A DNA stretch of 64,000 nucleotides from Haliotis rubra. Taxonomy: Eukaryota. Below are positions 35,373-49,446 of this stretch, piece by piece (position 1 is the stretch's first letter; each line of letters begins with the position of its first letter). A program made the position numbers and the translations under genes. The stretch is taken from NCBI RefSeq assembly GCF_003918875.1, contig NW_025766736.1:1-64000 (forward strand), given 5' to 3'. The notes beneath the pieces were generated by a model that saw only the letters and a list, made by a program, of their open reading frames with translations, was not told the origin of the DNA and searched no databases.

Positions 35373-37799
35373 TGCATACAATTATACAGAACGATTAAAG
35401 TAATCCGCTGATGATACATCGAAATTTGTTATTAATTTGGCTGAATTACAGTTTCTCAAACACACTTCTGTTGTTTAGAATTGATTGATCCCTGAATGCT
35501 AGAAATCATTTCCAAACGTAAGAAGTGAGAATAGCTGAGGCAATTATATGATCCTAAATCATCTCAGGGATCTCCGATCCCTGGACCTTCAACTGAGCTG
35601 ACCCATGAAACGGCATTAATGAGCTTCACAGATCTTCACCTGCTGAACTCATCAGTACGTAAGTAATCCAGGCAATAAGAGAGCGTAAAAAGGGATGTTA
35701 GATGAACTGCTCAAGTAGATATATGTCAGTGAACCTTTGAACAGACAGCCGCGTATGTAGGAACTTGTGTCTCGAAACTCACATGCAAGCTTAAAATCCA
35801 ATGGAATAGAAGCGACAAAACCCTTTCCACATTCATAAGAAATCTTTGCTGAAAGACGAGTCGATTGTACAGTTGTGAATATATGATGAGCATATTTTTG
35901 CTTCAGCAGTATTACATCTGTACGATGTTCTTTGTAAACAAATCGAGTCTGGACAAGACAATCCAGTGATTGTTACCATGCGATACGATGACAGAGCATG
36001 TGTTTATGAATCACTATGAAATAGTGATGATATCAGGTGTTCGCGAAAAGGTGAGCGTATCCTGCCCCACCGGCGGCACCCGTCATAAACATATGCAAAG
36101 TCCAGTCAATTGTTCAACTGAAATAATTGGGGATAAAATACTGAATGTATATCTAAACATAACTCCGTTGTTGTCACAAGCCCAAGATGGAACATTTGAA
36201 CAGTGTGATTAATGATTGTACATAGTCACATAGAATGATGTTCTGATAACCCGAGAAGATATCCGACAGACGTTTTCTTTCAGTCGAGCCTGTGTGGCGT
36301 TTCATGATGTTGGGATACAGTATCATCCATCAATCCATGCCACCACTTCCCGGGCACCTGGCCAGAAGCATGACCTTCTATCAGAGGAGTTAACGGTCAT
36401 GATACTCGCGTGATTTAGGATCATGAAGCATCACAAAAAACATGTATTTTTCGGCAAAATAGATAGGACGGTTTTCGCTACTTCGAAATCTTTAAAATCA
36501 AAATGCAACATGCAAGTTCAAATTTTATCTTCACCGTGTATTATTTTTGTCCTCAGTGCTGTACCTCGGATATCTAACGTTCCGCTGTAATTCTAATAAA
36601 AGTGTAAGAATCTAAATATATATTGTAATGATGTGGTATGTTTACAACGCCTCAAAGAGTGCGGCATATTTCAGAGATAACAGATTGAGCATGGCTTTAT
36701 GAACAACGCATAATCTTCTCCGGCTTTCATGTCAAACCTCGGCTGCCAAGTTACCCTTTGGAATGAAACTAAATTCTAAAGGTAAGTGTGATGACATGCA
36801 AGGTTATTGCAATGGTATTGCGTGTATGCAGTGCTTATTGGATAGTATGTTTAATGTTTGAAATGAATAACAAAAACGACAAAAACAGTTCCAGAACCAT
36901 TAGGTATCTCAGCCACTATATCATAAGTATGTGTCTGTGAATCACCATCAGATAGTTATGACAACAGGTGAAACTCTCTAAACGATGAAAACGTCCTTCC
37001 TCACGGTGCCGCTAGTAACAAACACATGAAAAGGGAAGTCAATAATTCCCCTAAAACACACACACGAAAACCTGTGCTGGTTTTAGGTACAGAGACGAGA
37101 AGTGCATGCCGATGAACATGGGATTTATTCCAGTTAATACAGCAGTCTCCTGAACACAAAAACTACAAAAAATAACTCAAACTCAATACAGCAGTGTTTG
37201 TTTTGTTGGCGCCTAGTTAATACTCATCCATATCACCTTTAATTAGTCTTCATTTGCGATCTTCAAAATTCGTGAGCCTCAGATTCATAGAAGCAAGCCT
37301 AGATGAAAGACGAACATATATACATGTCAGTAGAAATATATTCTGGTGTTGAGAAGAACTGCAAGCAGCCATTCTACAGTAAGCTAGCTGAAACTCCTTC
37401 TCATTAGCACGACACAACAGCAAAAGCTCTACTACACTGCAGCATATATGCTATAGAAACTCCAATAGGAAATATGATAGGCTGTATGGAGTACTGGAGC
37501 GGTGGGTGTGTATCCGTAACATAATCCTGTCTCAGTCGAGTGGAAAATTCGTTTACTCGCACAGGGATCCTTCAAATGGGGAAACACGGGGAGGAAGACA
37601 CATTCACTATGAACACCAAATAGTGTCGCCCTTCTAACACGTATCTGGATTTAAACTCATCAAACTCAGTCTTCAACCTTGACCTCGACCTTGACCTTGG
37701 CACGGGAAATTACCACCAGGTCTTCTTCTTGAGCTGACATGAACGTAGGTCACGAATGACGTAACGTGATGGAACGTGACGTCTCATACATCAACGACT

Positions 37800-38045
37800 T
37801 CACTTTGTGGCCGTTCCACAAATGGACGATCTGAGGGGAAACAGGAGCGCTATTGGGGGTTCGAACTCGACCCGCTTGAAGTCAACCTTGGAGAACCCTG
37901 CGCTGTTGATGACCTCGTCGGTGTTGACAAGGAGTTTTATGCCGTCGAAGAGGAAGGGGAAGAAGGGAGCCAGAACACGCTGGACCACTCTCGCCTTGTC
38001 GCCTATCTTTCCAAACACGTTCTCGAGGAAGAAGAATTCACCTTC
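37800..38045 (-). CDS. METTL7: Coding exon 2 (terminal) of METTL7/TMT1-like SAM-dependent methyltransferase (EGEFFFLENVFGK...QRVLAPFFPFLFDGIKL...AGFSKV...SSICGTATK*)
   Basis: tttatctctttccag acceptor in phase 0; aligns by eye to the METTL7A C-terminus (GGAFYFMEHV...QQVLDP...LFDGC...ASFSK...IYGYAVK). Confidence 0.85.
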   Translation of the reverse strand, partial: EGEFFFLENVFGKIGDKARVVQRVLAPFFPFLFDGIKLLVNTDEVINSAGFSKVDFKRVEFEPPIALLFPLRSSICGTATK

Positions 38046-41000
38046 CTGGAAAGAGATAAACACGATTTAAGAAGATTGGAAATACGACAGACAATAAAAT
38101 GTTGCTGACAAACGGTGACTGTAATTTTATTTTTTTCTGACCGCAGTATCAAAACCCTACCACGACATAATCTGGAGAAGAAGGGTTGATGGACCTGATA
38201 CAATTTAGTAACCAACGTATTCACTGGGTGTGGTGTTCCCCTTAACATACAAAATGCCGTCCTATTCTATGCCACTCATTGTAAAATAACGGTGATATTT
38301 GCGGCGTGATAACCATCTGTGAAAGTAGGTCAAGGTCAAGGTCAAGGCCTGAAATATCTTGGCAATTAAATGGAACATGGCAGCTTCTGCTATTGGTGAT
38401 TCATTACATGTACTTCGCAGAGCGTTATCTAAAGTCATAGGAGTTCTTTTAAATGTATTCGACGAATAAAGGGAAGTGCCATCATGAATTCAACAGTGTG
38501 TATTTGGTTTCAAAATGGAATTTAAACTCCTTTTCATGGCAGGCCATTTGATGCGTCTTCCGTTATATCAGTGGGTGGTGGTGGTGAGTCAAATTCTGTT
38601 ATTTGTGTATTTACGTTTTCTTGCATAATACTCAGTGACACATTGCGTTCCCCATCTGATCCTGTAAACACAAGCGTTACCCTCCCTCCGAGAAACTACA
38701 GAGAAAACACAAAGATACACATTGCTCAAGCTTTTATAGGGACCCCCGATATAACGACGTGGTGTGTTAAACAACAAAGCCTATAGAGTGGCTGGGGTAA
38801 TATAAAGATGGCGTGATAGATCTGTCGTTTCAGCACATTGCCTAGATGTGTTGGAAGCCGAGTGGAAATGCCACAGTACTGTACAAACTAGAAATATATA
38901 CCCTTGGTATTAGACCAGCCTAAGCCTACGCCAACCGTATTGCATAATGGTGACCAGGTTGGTGTAGAACTTCACCACTAAAGCAGTGATATTCGTGGCG
39001 TGATAACCACCTGTGAAGGTGGGTCAAGGTCAAGGTCGGTGCCCAAAATACCTTGGCAAGTAACTGATATTAAATGGAAGATGGCAGCTTCTGCTATTGG
39101 TGATTTATTACATGTACTTCGCAGAACTTTTCGTAAAGTTATAAAAGGCTGTAACTGTTTGGAGCAATGATTTCACAAGAGTGTTGGCCATCTTTTCGTT
39201 ATGCAGAGTTGGACTGCCAGAATCTTATGAGTTCGAATCCCGCATCTACGCTGATTTGTATGTTTGTGTTTCTCAAAGCCAGACACCTATTTGTGGACTT
39301 TGCGAAAGTGGTTAACGTTAATTATCTGCATCCTCGCGGGTTCTCCTCGAACCGTAAGCTAAATACAACCACCAACTCGCCAAGCTTTTGCCCCGAATAT
39401 CCATTATACCATCCATGTATTTATATGCACTAAATAGAAATAGTTCATACGTACAATTCATAAACGGCTTCTACATGGGAAAAATAGTTTTATCTACATT
39501 TGCTAACATATACACTGTGTGTGTAGGTCGTGCCTGCATCGGAAGGGTAATGTACCTACGATAGAAGAGAAGACTTCACCCTATGCATGTAGATCACATG
39601 CATGTATGTCTATGAGAGCTTTAACTATGTCTACGTAGGGAAAATGATATTCACCCCGACAAGCCGTTCGGAATAACCATATATCAATGCAGGTATAGAG
39701 CATCCCCAGTCGCCGGAATTTGCTGAGCAGAGATACGTGCCTTTGGCGTGAACAAAAACTACATACAAGGTAACAGGTTTGAATTCCGTGTCCCTGACTA
39801 CATTTCCAGGTTTGTCTTCAACATACGGTGGTTTCACCAAGATAAAGACCCGCATCACTTCATTTATGCCTCGGGGCGGTGGGGTAGCCTAGTGGTTAAA
39901 GCGTTCGCTCGTCACGCCGAAGACCCAGGTTCGATTCCCATCATGGGTACAACGCACACAAAAACAACCCAAACGCCAACACATTATATACACATATAGT
40001 CCAGGCTGCATCCTACTGTTCATTATATGGATGTATGGTAAGGATATTTAAGCACAATGTGAGATGAGTCATACCTATACCATCACAGGTAAAACGTTTA
40101 ATGATGTCCCTAAACCTTAAGTCATCATGACATGCACCTACCGACACATTTCAGTCAAACTTGGTTTCTTTTGGAATACCAAATTATTTATGGAAAGCAT
40201 GTTGAAGCATTTAACAAACGTGTCGGCAATACACCCAATATTCCTTTCCTTAGAACTGCAGGTGGCACATATATTGGATGAAACATAAGTAATTCCAATA
40301 ATATTCATAGAATAATGACAGAGGAACCATACCAGCAGGACTTCCTCCGTATAACAATGTATACGTTAGTTCCAGCTGCCACTGGAGTGAAATGCTGATA
40401 TTTAGACAGCAAACGACAGGCATTGTAGAAGACCTAGGGCGCCTGTGCACACATGTTTCCTCCCACTGTTGTGGCACGTGCATACAAACGCGCAACATGT
40501 GGAGATGAAATGTCAAACAGACAACTTTTTGATGAGGTTTCAATCAAGTTACAATATTGGCATGACGGTGGAGTAATACCGGCTCCGTTAACATCGCCCC
40601 TTAACTTCCTTTGGGTGTGTGTACAACTCACAAGTATATTTCATGCTTTGAACTAACTCCTTGATCAAATATGCACCTGACAAGAGATTAGGTGGTGTAT
40701 AAGAAGTGTGCCTTGGAGATGAGTTTAACTGGTTGTGTGGCGTTTAAATGGACGTCAGATTACAAACGCTTCTTTGGATAATGTATTTTACTTCGTCAAC
40801 CAGCACACATACTGTGTTGTTATTTCATAATTCCATGTTCAGTGATTTTCAGGGAGCATGTTATTTCGTGTAGAAGAATAGGTATTTTGATAACATGGCT
40901 ATGCATTCAATATTTGTTCTTGCATGATCTATTTCCATATGTTCCTAAACTATATTTTATAGTTTTGTAGTTTATTAGCGTCAGTGGAACGTAGGCGTAT

Positions 41001-42726
41001 TTGTTAAACAACATGATCAATTTCATATATGTTGTTCCAAAGTCTGAATGAGTCATGTGTATATTTTCAGGGAAAATGTGTCTGCTTTCATGTAAGATTA
41101 TTTTGCGATATTGCACAAGCTATTTTCAATGTGATCCACCGTGACTTTATGCAATCTGTGGATATCTACATAACGCCATACACTTTTATTAATTTTGTGG
41201 ATTCCATTTCACTTAAACGTTGTTATGGAGCCAAACGTCAGATCTGATCTTCGACCAGTGTGGTCCCATAAATATAAACGGAAATATACTCCTTTGTGAA
41301 ATCGTCTTTGAATGGTTATCGTGAAGCCAAGACCAAACGAACGTCTTCTTTTAGATTCTACCATTATCAGGTTTCTACGCAATGTGGTTCTAATTAAAGA
41401 TAAATGTCAAAAATTTAAGTATCGCAAAACATGGAATCAATGTCACAAGACTCCATACTAAGTGTATACCTATTTCCTTGAGCGCTGTGGGTAGTCTGAT
41501 TGTTAAAGCGTTCGCTCGATTTACCGAAGACACAGGTCCGATTTCCCACATAGGTGCAATGTATAAAGCCCATTTCTAGTTTCCCCTGCGGTTTGTCACT
41601 GGGATATTCATAAAACGGCATAAATCCTCACTCACTCACTCAAAAATAACTTATATGGTTATAGATGCATTGATCAGTTTTATAACAGCCACCTTTCCCA
41701 CCTTTCCCACCTTTCTCTCCACCCACCCACCACACGGGAAAATGTATGATTAGTAACAGCTTTTTGCTCAATATTAATTTAAACTTATATCTACAAACCA
41801 GAGCCCTATCATGGTGCTATATGAACAGGTCCTGCCAAGACATTAGAAATAGCGGACGTAAATAAAAACGCCATATCCTAAACGTACAAGACTTTACATT
41901 CACTTCTTTCGTTCGGAATATTCCACGAAACTAACGCAGTGATGGTACAAGAATCTGAGGAGGAAAGATGAGAATGTTGTATATAAGAAATGTCGGTTCA
42001 AGTACAGAGACTTGATGGATGAAAGTTCTCATGGTCTCTGGAAACGGTAATGATCCGAGTCTTGACACACCCAGCTGCAATCATTTAAGTTAAATATAGA
42101 TGAAACTTGCAGCTGCCAACGGGTTATTTACTTACTGATAAATTTGGATGAACACGATGATTAATTTTACATCAGATAAATCAATAAATGCTTGAATCAA
42201 AATACATCCACCTAGAAAAATAAATACGTGTTATGAAGGAAAATATATTATTTTAATGTCCTGTTCAAAACGAACAACTTACAATGACATACATAGATAA
42301 CGATAGTATTGCTACTGGGGGTATGCATTGCAGGAGAGAGTTAATGAATACCGGACACAAGAGTTGGTCCGGAGTCAATGACACCGTGTCAGCTGAGTGA
42401 AGGTAAGGATGGCTGATGAAGGTGGATGATTCTTAATAAGACATCAGCTACCGTAACGTCACTGACACCATGACACCAGGCGTCGTTATCGACACTGGCA
42501 GCCAATCACTAGTGCATAGAAATACGACGACAGGGTGTAGGCGAAGGAGCAGGAATTAGCTCTTAAAAGTCTTATAAGGAATAAAAAGAGGTCATCCATA
42601 AAAAACGTGCCATGTATTTATGTTCGTCTAACTTCTAAATGCCTTACAAGAGCTACTGTAAAGTCAATGACACAATGACACCAGGCGCCGGTTAATGACA
42701 CTGGCATTCGATCACTACAGTAAAGA

Positions 42727-42964
42727 GTGAGTAAGTGAGTTTTGTTTTACGCCGCCCTCAGCAATATTCCAGCTATAGGGCGGCGGTGTGTAAATAATCG
42801 AGTCTGGACCATACAATCCAATGATCAACAACATGAGCATCGATCTGCGCAGTTGGGAACCGATGACATGTGTCAACCAAGTCAGCCAGCCGATCCCTTT
42901 AGTCGCCTCGTACGACAAGCATGGGTTACTGAAGATCAGTATTCTAACCCTGGCCTTCACGGGT
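42727..42964 (-). mobile_element. SINE family B, full length, agtaaaga TSD
   Basis: Consensus match; agtaaaga at ~42719 and ~42966. Confidence 0.88.
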
Positions 42965-43077
42965 AAGTAAAGAATTACGACAGCAGGCTACTGTAAAGAC
43001 GACACCACAAACCAGACTTAGTCAAACAACTAAGACAACTGAATGCCAGAGACACTGTAAGAGGGCAGAGAGGAAAC

Positions 43078-43640
43078 AATCTTGACTTGGATTGGATCTA
43101 GACCTGCTTGCGCTTTTAGTGAAATAGTGAAAAACAGTACAAACATGAATGGAACAGTTCAGTCGCAGAGCTGATCATGCTGATATAGCATCTATGAATA
43201 TACTCATGACTTTCGGAATGACAGTCAGACGTCAGAGATAACACTGTCAGAAGGCAGAGAGGAAACAATGACGGTCAAACATCAGTTAGGAAACAGATAG
43301 TTCGACGCCAGAGAGACTATACAAACAGTGGGAGTGGAAGAGCAGAGCTGAGTTACCGACACTAGACGCCAGGCAGTTGTAGCTTGTGTTACATCAAGCA
43401 ATAAAAACAGTAACAGGCAACAAGGGAAATACAGGGCCCACCATCAGAGTTACGTACGATGTTCTTAACTGCATAATTCACGACAAAGTGCCTATTTATG
43501 TTGTGCCGAAAAAACAAGGGAACACGCATCCAAAGAAGCGGGGATTTCTCCCTTGCCTATGAATAGAACGACCACTCTTTTGCATTTGTTTCTGGTTGAG
43601 AAATATGAGAACGACTGAAGTATCTGAAAGATTTGGCGAG
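43078..43640 (+). repeat. Left arm of a ~560-bp inverted repeat
   Basis: Reverse complement matches 46826-47386 (e.g. tctagacctgcttgcgcttttagtgaa vs ttcactaaaagcgcaagcaggtctaga). Confidence 0.9.
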
Positions 43641-44050
43641 CGCAGAGAACGTCTGTCTTCACGAGTCCTTTTGGAAAATCATTTTGCCAAGAATCATTCT
43701 TTGTATGTAAAAGGTTGTATGTTACTCATTAAGAGGCAGTCAAACGTTTTGTAATCATCTCAATGTGTCAGTGTAGACCATAACTTTACTCGTAATCAGG
43801 CCCACGTGTTGTGTTCCCAGTCAGTACTTGAGAACGTCGGCGGTTCTAAGCACGACTGGATTGGTCAAATTAGCATAATGCACAAGAATGGATGTATTTC
43901 CATTGTATTGTGTCAACTACACTTTAGAATATCTAACTTAGATGAGGGATGGAAATGGTATTTTTTAGGACTAGTCTGTTGTAGTTACAGTTGTCGGTTG
44001 CACGCTTTTCAAATAAGTGATATGTGATGGTAGTTCTTAACATTTCCATC

Positions 44051-44280
44051 GAAGGTCCGGGTTAGAATGAACCTTCAGTAAACCATGCTTGTCATAAGAG
44101 GCGACTAACGGGATCGGATGGTCAGGCTTGGTTGACACATGTCATCGATTCTCATTTGCGCAGATCGATGCTCATGTTGTTGATCACTGGATTGTCTGGT
44201 CCAGACTCGATTATTTACAGACCGCCACCATATAGCTGGACTTTGGCTGAGTGCGGCGTAAAACTAAAGTCACTCACTCT
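44051..44280 (+). mobile_element. SINE family B
   Basis: Consensus match; the head carries the gaaggt/accttc variant. Confidence 0.88.
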
Positions 44281-46054
44281 TAGCATTGTCTATATTACTT
44301 ATCTTTCAAAACATCTTATCTCTGGGAGTGTTACTTAAGGCACCTGTTTTCATAAGTAAAGAATGTGAACAGCAGATTGCCGATCTAAATTTACCTAAAT
44401 GTTAGACTGATAAAAAAGTTGTTATGAATTTAGAAATAAACGGTTTTCACCCTGACGTTCCCAATTATACAATATGTATACATATATACAAGCAATTTAC
44501 TTTCAGAAGCCCAATTACATTCATCACTGTCAGCTTCAAGATTTTAGAATAACAAGATAACTCTCTGTTAAAAATTTGCGTTTTTGAAATGCCTCGCTTA
44601 AATCACTACAGCTGGAGCGGCGTATTCAAATCCTCAGTTCTAAACGGTATTTTGTGAAAATGCATTTTATATAAATCGGCTTCCCGTCTTCGTTAAAGAT
44701 TACACATAAACTATTTCCTGCAACTGAGCAAATATCCCTTATCCAAAAATACGAGTACTTTCATGCCTCTACCCAAGTGTTGCCATTTGAGCCATGTTAC
44801 TTAACACAGAAACACAAGATACAAAGACCGTATGTCCATTCTCCACGGCTCATGGGAAAGGCTTTGCTAAAAATGACCTGTCATGAGATGATAGATTGTG
44901 GGGCATCTGGAATCAATTGATGAAAGGTCAGGGTTTAGAATAAGCTGACCACGGCCACCATCCTGGATCTACGCACGTAAAAGTCCGTCCATTATCTACG
45001 TAAATACGTTCAGCCTATCGACCACAAGTTCTCCGTGTTGAAAGGTCAATTGTACAGATCGTGAGGCCATGTCACTGTGGAAGAGATAGCTCGTCAAGTG
45101 CATCTTGTTTGGCGATTTGACCTTCTAGCCCTATCTAAAACTGCGTACAACATTCCATGGTCTTGGACGTTAATTGCAACAGTGGGTTTGGCATTTACTG
45201 TACCAGGAAGAAGAGGGACTGATTAAGCCAAGGTCCATTGTCTTGAAGTCCATTATCCGATTCCTATCAAACTGACACACAGGCATGTCATTAACAGTCC
45301 TGCAAACGCCAAAAAATGTCGACGCTAGGAACTAACCATACTCTGGTATCCAGAGAGCTAGATGCCGTTGGAGGTAAACAGCAAAATAGTGGTATGAATC
45401 AATGGGTTATTGAAAATCAGTCATGATACCAGGTGTTCGCGAAGGTTTCACACAGACATTGGTCCGCTCTTCCAAGACAAGTGAACGTTTTGTTGTGTAT
45501 ACACCACGCCAGTCAGTGGATTGTTGAATAACTTATGTTCACAAAATTCACATGCAAAATTTCGCGCTGAATTTCTCAGCCATATTTATATGACTATTAT
45601 GATGTTATTGTGAATGTCTATATGTTTATCCCATATCACTACACCGGATTCTTACATCACAGCTGATGACAATGTTCTTGCCAAACTCTGTATACAAATG
45701 CATGGTTATATTTGACTGTTATTTGATGTCATGGTTTTGTACCTAAACAAAAAAGATGAATAAAAAAATGTAAAAATAGGTAGAGTTCGCAAAAATGTCC
45801 CCATACACAAAACTTCACAGATGAAAAATACTCACTTGTAACTTCCGTATTGATATGACAGCTAACGCTGACAGAATTCCAAATAATGTGATCAGACATT
45901 ATAGCAGACATTCAAAGAGGCAGCTGGTCGCTTGAAATGATATAATAGCCGACAACAGAGGAGTGATATATAACTGCAGTGAAACTTCAAACATTCAAGT
46001 TTGATAACATTTATGTCAGCCACAAAACCATCGACCTCCGGATGTGATATTACG

Positions 46055-46298
46055 GCTTGTTTGTTTGTTGTTAAACCCAACAATATCCCAGCTATGTAAA
46101 TTCATACAGCTATGTATGTATATCCCGGTATGTAAATTCTGGACCACACAATGTAATGATCAACAGCATGAGCATCGATCTACTCAAATTGGAATACGAT
46201 GACACGAGTCAGCGAGCCTGACCACCAGATCCCGTTAGTCGCCTCTTTCGACAAGCATGGGTTGCTGAAGACCAACTCTAACCCGGCTGTCCATGGGC
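46055..46298 (-). mobile_element. SINE family B, diverged
   Basis: gatcaacagcatgagcatcgatctac...cccgttagtcgcctct...gacaagcatgggttgctgaag. Confidence 0.8.
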
Positions 46299-46825
46299 TA
46301 ATGTTTGGAATGTCATCATTACAAGAATACCCGGTACTGTATATGATTACCAATAAAGCAGAACATGAGAGGTCGTCACAGACCCCTTAATTAGACCATT
46401 CCGAAAGTCATGATTATATTCATAGATGTCATATCATTATTAGACCTACACCTTAACTGTGACATTCAAGCTTGTACTAGACACCCTATCATGTCCAAAT
46501 CCAGTCCAATCAAGTCCTGTGTCCTTGATTCCAAGGTTCTGTTCTGACAAGGAAGGGCTTATTGGAAAACATATACAACAACGTTTTAAAAGTTTTCATT
46601 GGCGTAGTGTTAATAAAGAGCTCGTTTATTATTTGATTATGTCAGATGTCAACCAAGTGAATTGTCCTATTTGAAACCTCAAATTCAAACACTGACGTTG
46701 GTGTGAATGAAACGTACAAGAATGCTTTCTGCAGTGAACACATTGTAGTTTATCACACTCTTTAATCAGAGGAAACAGCTTAAATGGGTACCATAGCTGT
46801 CATGTATAGAGGGAGCTCCATCATC

Positions 46826-47386
46826 TTCGCCAAAACTTCAGGATTATTCAGTCGTTCTCATATATCTCAACCAGAAGCAAATGCAAAATAGTCGTCGTTC
46901 TATTCATAGACAAGTAAGAAATCTCTGCTTCTTTGGGTGTATTTACCTTTGTTTTTTCGGCACAACATAACTTTATAATTCACGACAAAGTGCCTATTTA
47001 AGAACATTGTACGTAACTCTGATGGTGGGCCCTGTATTTCCCTTGTTGTCTGTTACTGTTTTTTATTGCTGGATGTAACACAAGCTACAACTGCCTGGCG
47101 TCTGGTGTCGGTAACTCAGCTCTGCTGTCAGTGTTTCCACTCCCACTGTTTGTATAGTCTCTCTGGCGTCGAACTATCTGTTTCCTAACTGATGTTTGAC
47201 CGTTTGTTTCCTCTCTGCCTTCTGACAGTGTTATCTCTGACGTCTGACTGTCATTCCATAAGTCATGAGTATATTCATAGATGACATATCAGTATGATCA
47301 GCTCTGCGACTAAACTGTTCCATTCATGGTTGTACTGTTTTTCACTAAAAGCGCAAGCAGGTCTAGATCAAATCCAACTCAAGATT
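46826..47386 (-). repeat. Right arm of the ~560-bp inverted repeat
   Basis: See the left arm at 43078-43640. Confidence 0.9.
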
Positions 47387-47550
47387 CCTTGATTCCAAGG
47401 TTCGCACAGGGAAAAGACGCAAAACATATTTAAAAACTCTTTAAATGTTTTTGATGGGCTTAGTAAATACAGAGCTCGTTATATTTTGATTATGACAGAT
47501 GTCTGTGATTTCAACCAACTGCGATCTGAAACCTCAAATTCAAACCCTTA

Positions 47551-47722
47551 CGGGTCGGTGGGGTAACCTAGTGGTTAAAGCGTCCGCTCGTCCGGGTTCG
47601 ACCCGGGTTCGAATCCTCACATGGGTAGAATGTGTGAAGCCCAATTCTGGTGTCCCCCGCCATGATATAGCTGAAATATTGCTAAAAGCGGCGTAAAACC
47701 CAACTCACTCACTCACTCACTC
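47551..47722 (+). mobile_element. SINE family A
   Basis: gggtcggtggggtaacctagtggttaaagcg...gggttcgaatcc...(CACT)n tail. Confidence 0.88.
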
Positions 47723-48409
47723 AAAACCATAAGTTCGCGGCCCGTATGAATTGAATCTCCAATGAAAACATTCTACGTTTATCAGGCTCTTTAATCATAG
47801 GTAACAGTTTAAGGAGGTACCGTAGCTGTCAAATATAGCGTGATCCTCACCCTCAGGACATTGCACATTAGAGCAACTACTTTGTCTACTCACAAGGGTT
47901 AACATGAAAACAGATGTGTGAAATCCGAGTTCACAGGGGTTAAGATAGGAACACAAACATTGCAGAATGACTGAGTCATGTGTTTCTCGTTTTCGCGAAA
48001 CACTTTCATGAGGATATAGAGAGTATCAATTACCCTGGGCAAAGCTGGCGTACATCTACATCTTGTCCCTAATTATATACCTGAAATTACTCGTGTGGAT
48101 AGACCCGTACTTTGCTGAAGATGCCAATACTTGGTATTTGCAATTATATTTGATACACCCAAACAGGAGCCCAGCCAATCATTCATTACCGTGGCTAATA
48201 GGCACATGCTACTTGTTAGTAACACAAATATTGATGAAGAGAAAATTGCAAAGCAAGTATGAACAAGATGGACGTTTCACCTCATCTCCTCTACTCAGGA
48301 TAAGAGAACTTGGAAATGAATAAATCCCGACTATTCACAACGAATAAATACGTTCCTTCAGACGTTAACAGCTTAAAAATGGAAAACTATGAAATATGGC
48401 ATTTAGCAC

Positions 48410-48568
48410 GAGTGAGGGAGTTTTACGCCGCTTTTAGCAATATTCCAGAAATATCACGGCAGGGGACATCAGAAATGTGCTTTACACAATGTGTCCATGT
48501 GGGGAATCAAACTGGGTTTCCAGTGTGACGAGAGAACGCCTTACCCACAAGGCTATCCCACCGCCCCC
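48410..48568 (-). mobile_element. SINE family A, diverged
   Basis: ttttacgccgcttttagcaatattccag...ccaccgcccc. Confidence 0.82.
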
Positions 48569-49202
48569 ATTTTGCATGAAGATGTGAAAGTATTCATATC
48601 GTTTTCAGTTGTCTCGACAGTCTGCATTCTTGATATTGTTTTAGCATGTTAGTTTCGAGGTGTGATTCGAGTGGCACAGCGCACGAATTAATGACGTTAC
48701 TGCAGCCCAAAGTGACGTTCTGTAAGTTTGAATGGAGGGAGGTTTGAATCGGATATTACCTCCACGACTTTGTCATAACTTTTAAAAGTGTAATTAACTC
48801 GCGTCCTCGAAACCTCAAAGTCCCGATCCAACAAATATGAAATCATTCATTCCTTATTCATAGAATCATGTTATCATATATGAATATATGAAACCTCAAA
48901 GTCCCGATCCAACAAATATGAAATCATTCATTCCTTATTCATAGAATCATGTAATGATATATGAATATATGGTATCTATGAATTTGATGATTGGAGGATG
49001 GAGAGGGGTGGGGACAGATTGGAGTCAATGTTGGGGCGGAAAGGAGTGCATGAATGTGCCACAACTCCTGTACGAAAAATCGTTTATCACATGAAAGCAA
49101 GTTACAAAACTTTATGTAAATGTATAACGTCGATGCCAGAGAATAACCCGTGTCCGCCATAACAAAAATAAAAATAGCATTCAAAGAGTATATCAATGTA
49201 TC

Positions 49203-49446
49203 GACCCGTGGAGATCTGTGTTAGAATTGATTTTCAGTAACCCATGCTTGTCGTAAGAGGCGGCGAAAAATGGGGTCGGGTTGTCAGGCTTGCTGACTTG
49301 GTTGACACATGTCATCGTATCCCATCTGCGTAGATCGATGCTCATGCTGTTGATCACTGGATTGTCTGGTCAAGACTCGATTATTTACAGACCGCCGCCA
49401 TAATATGGGATATGGCGGCGTAAAACTCACTCACTCACTCACTCAC
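49203..49446 (+). mobile_element. SINE family B, full length with 12-bp TSD
   Basis: TSD tatcaatgtatc at 49191-49202 and 49447-49458; the element starts at gacccgtgg and ends in (CACT)n. Confidence 0.92.

Noticed and set aside
35405-35450. Minimal hammerhead ribozyme (ctgatga-tacatc-gaaa)
   Set aside because: No closing pair for stem II, and no convincing stem I or stem III pairing around an NUH site
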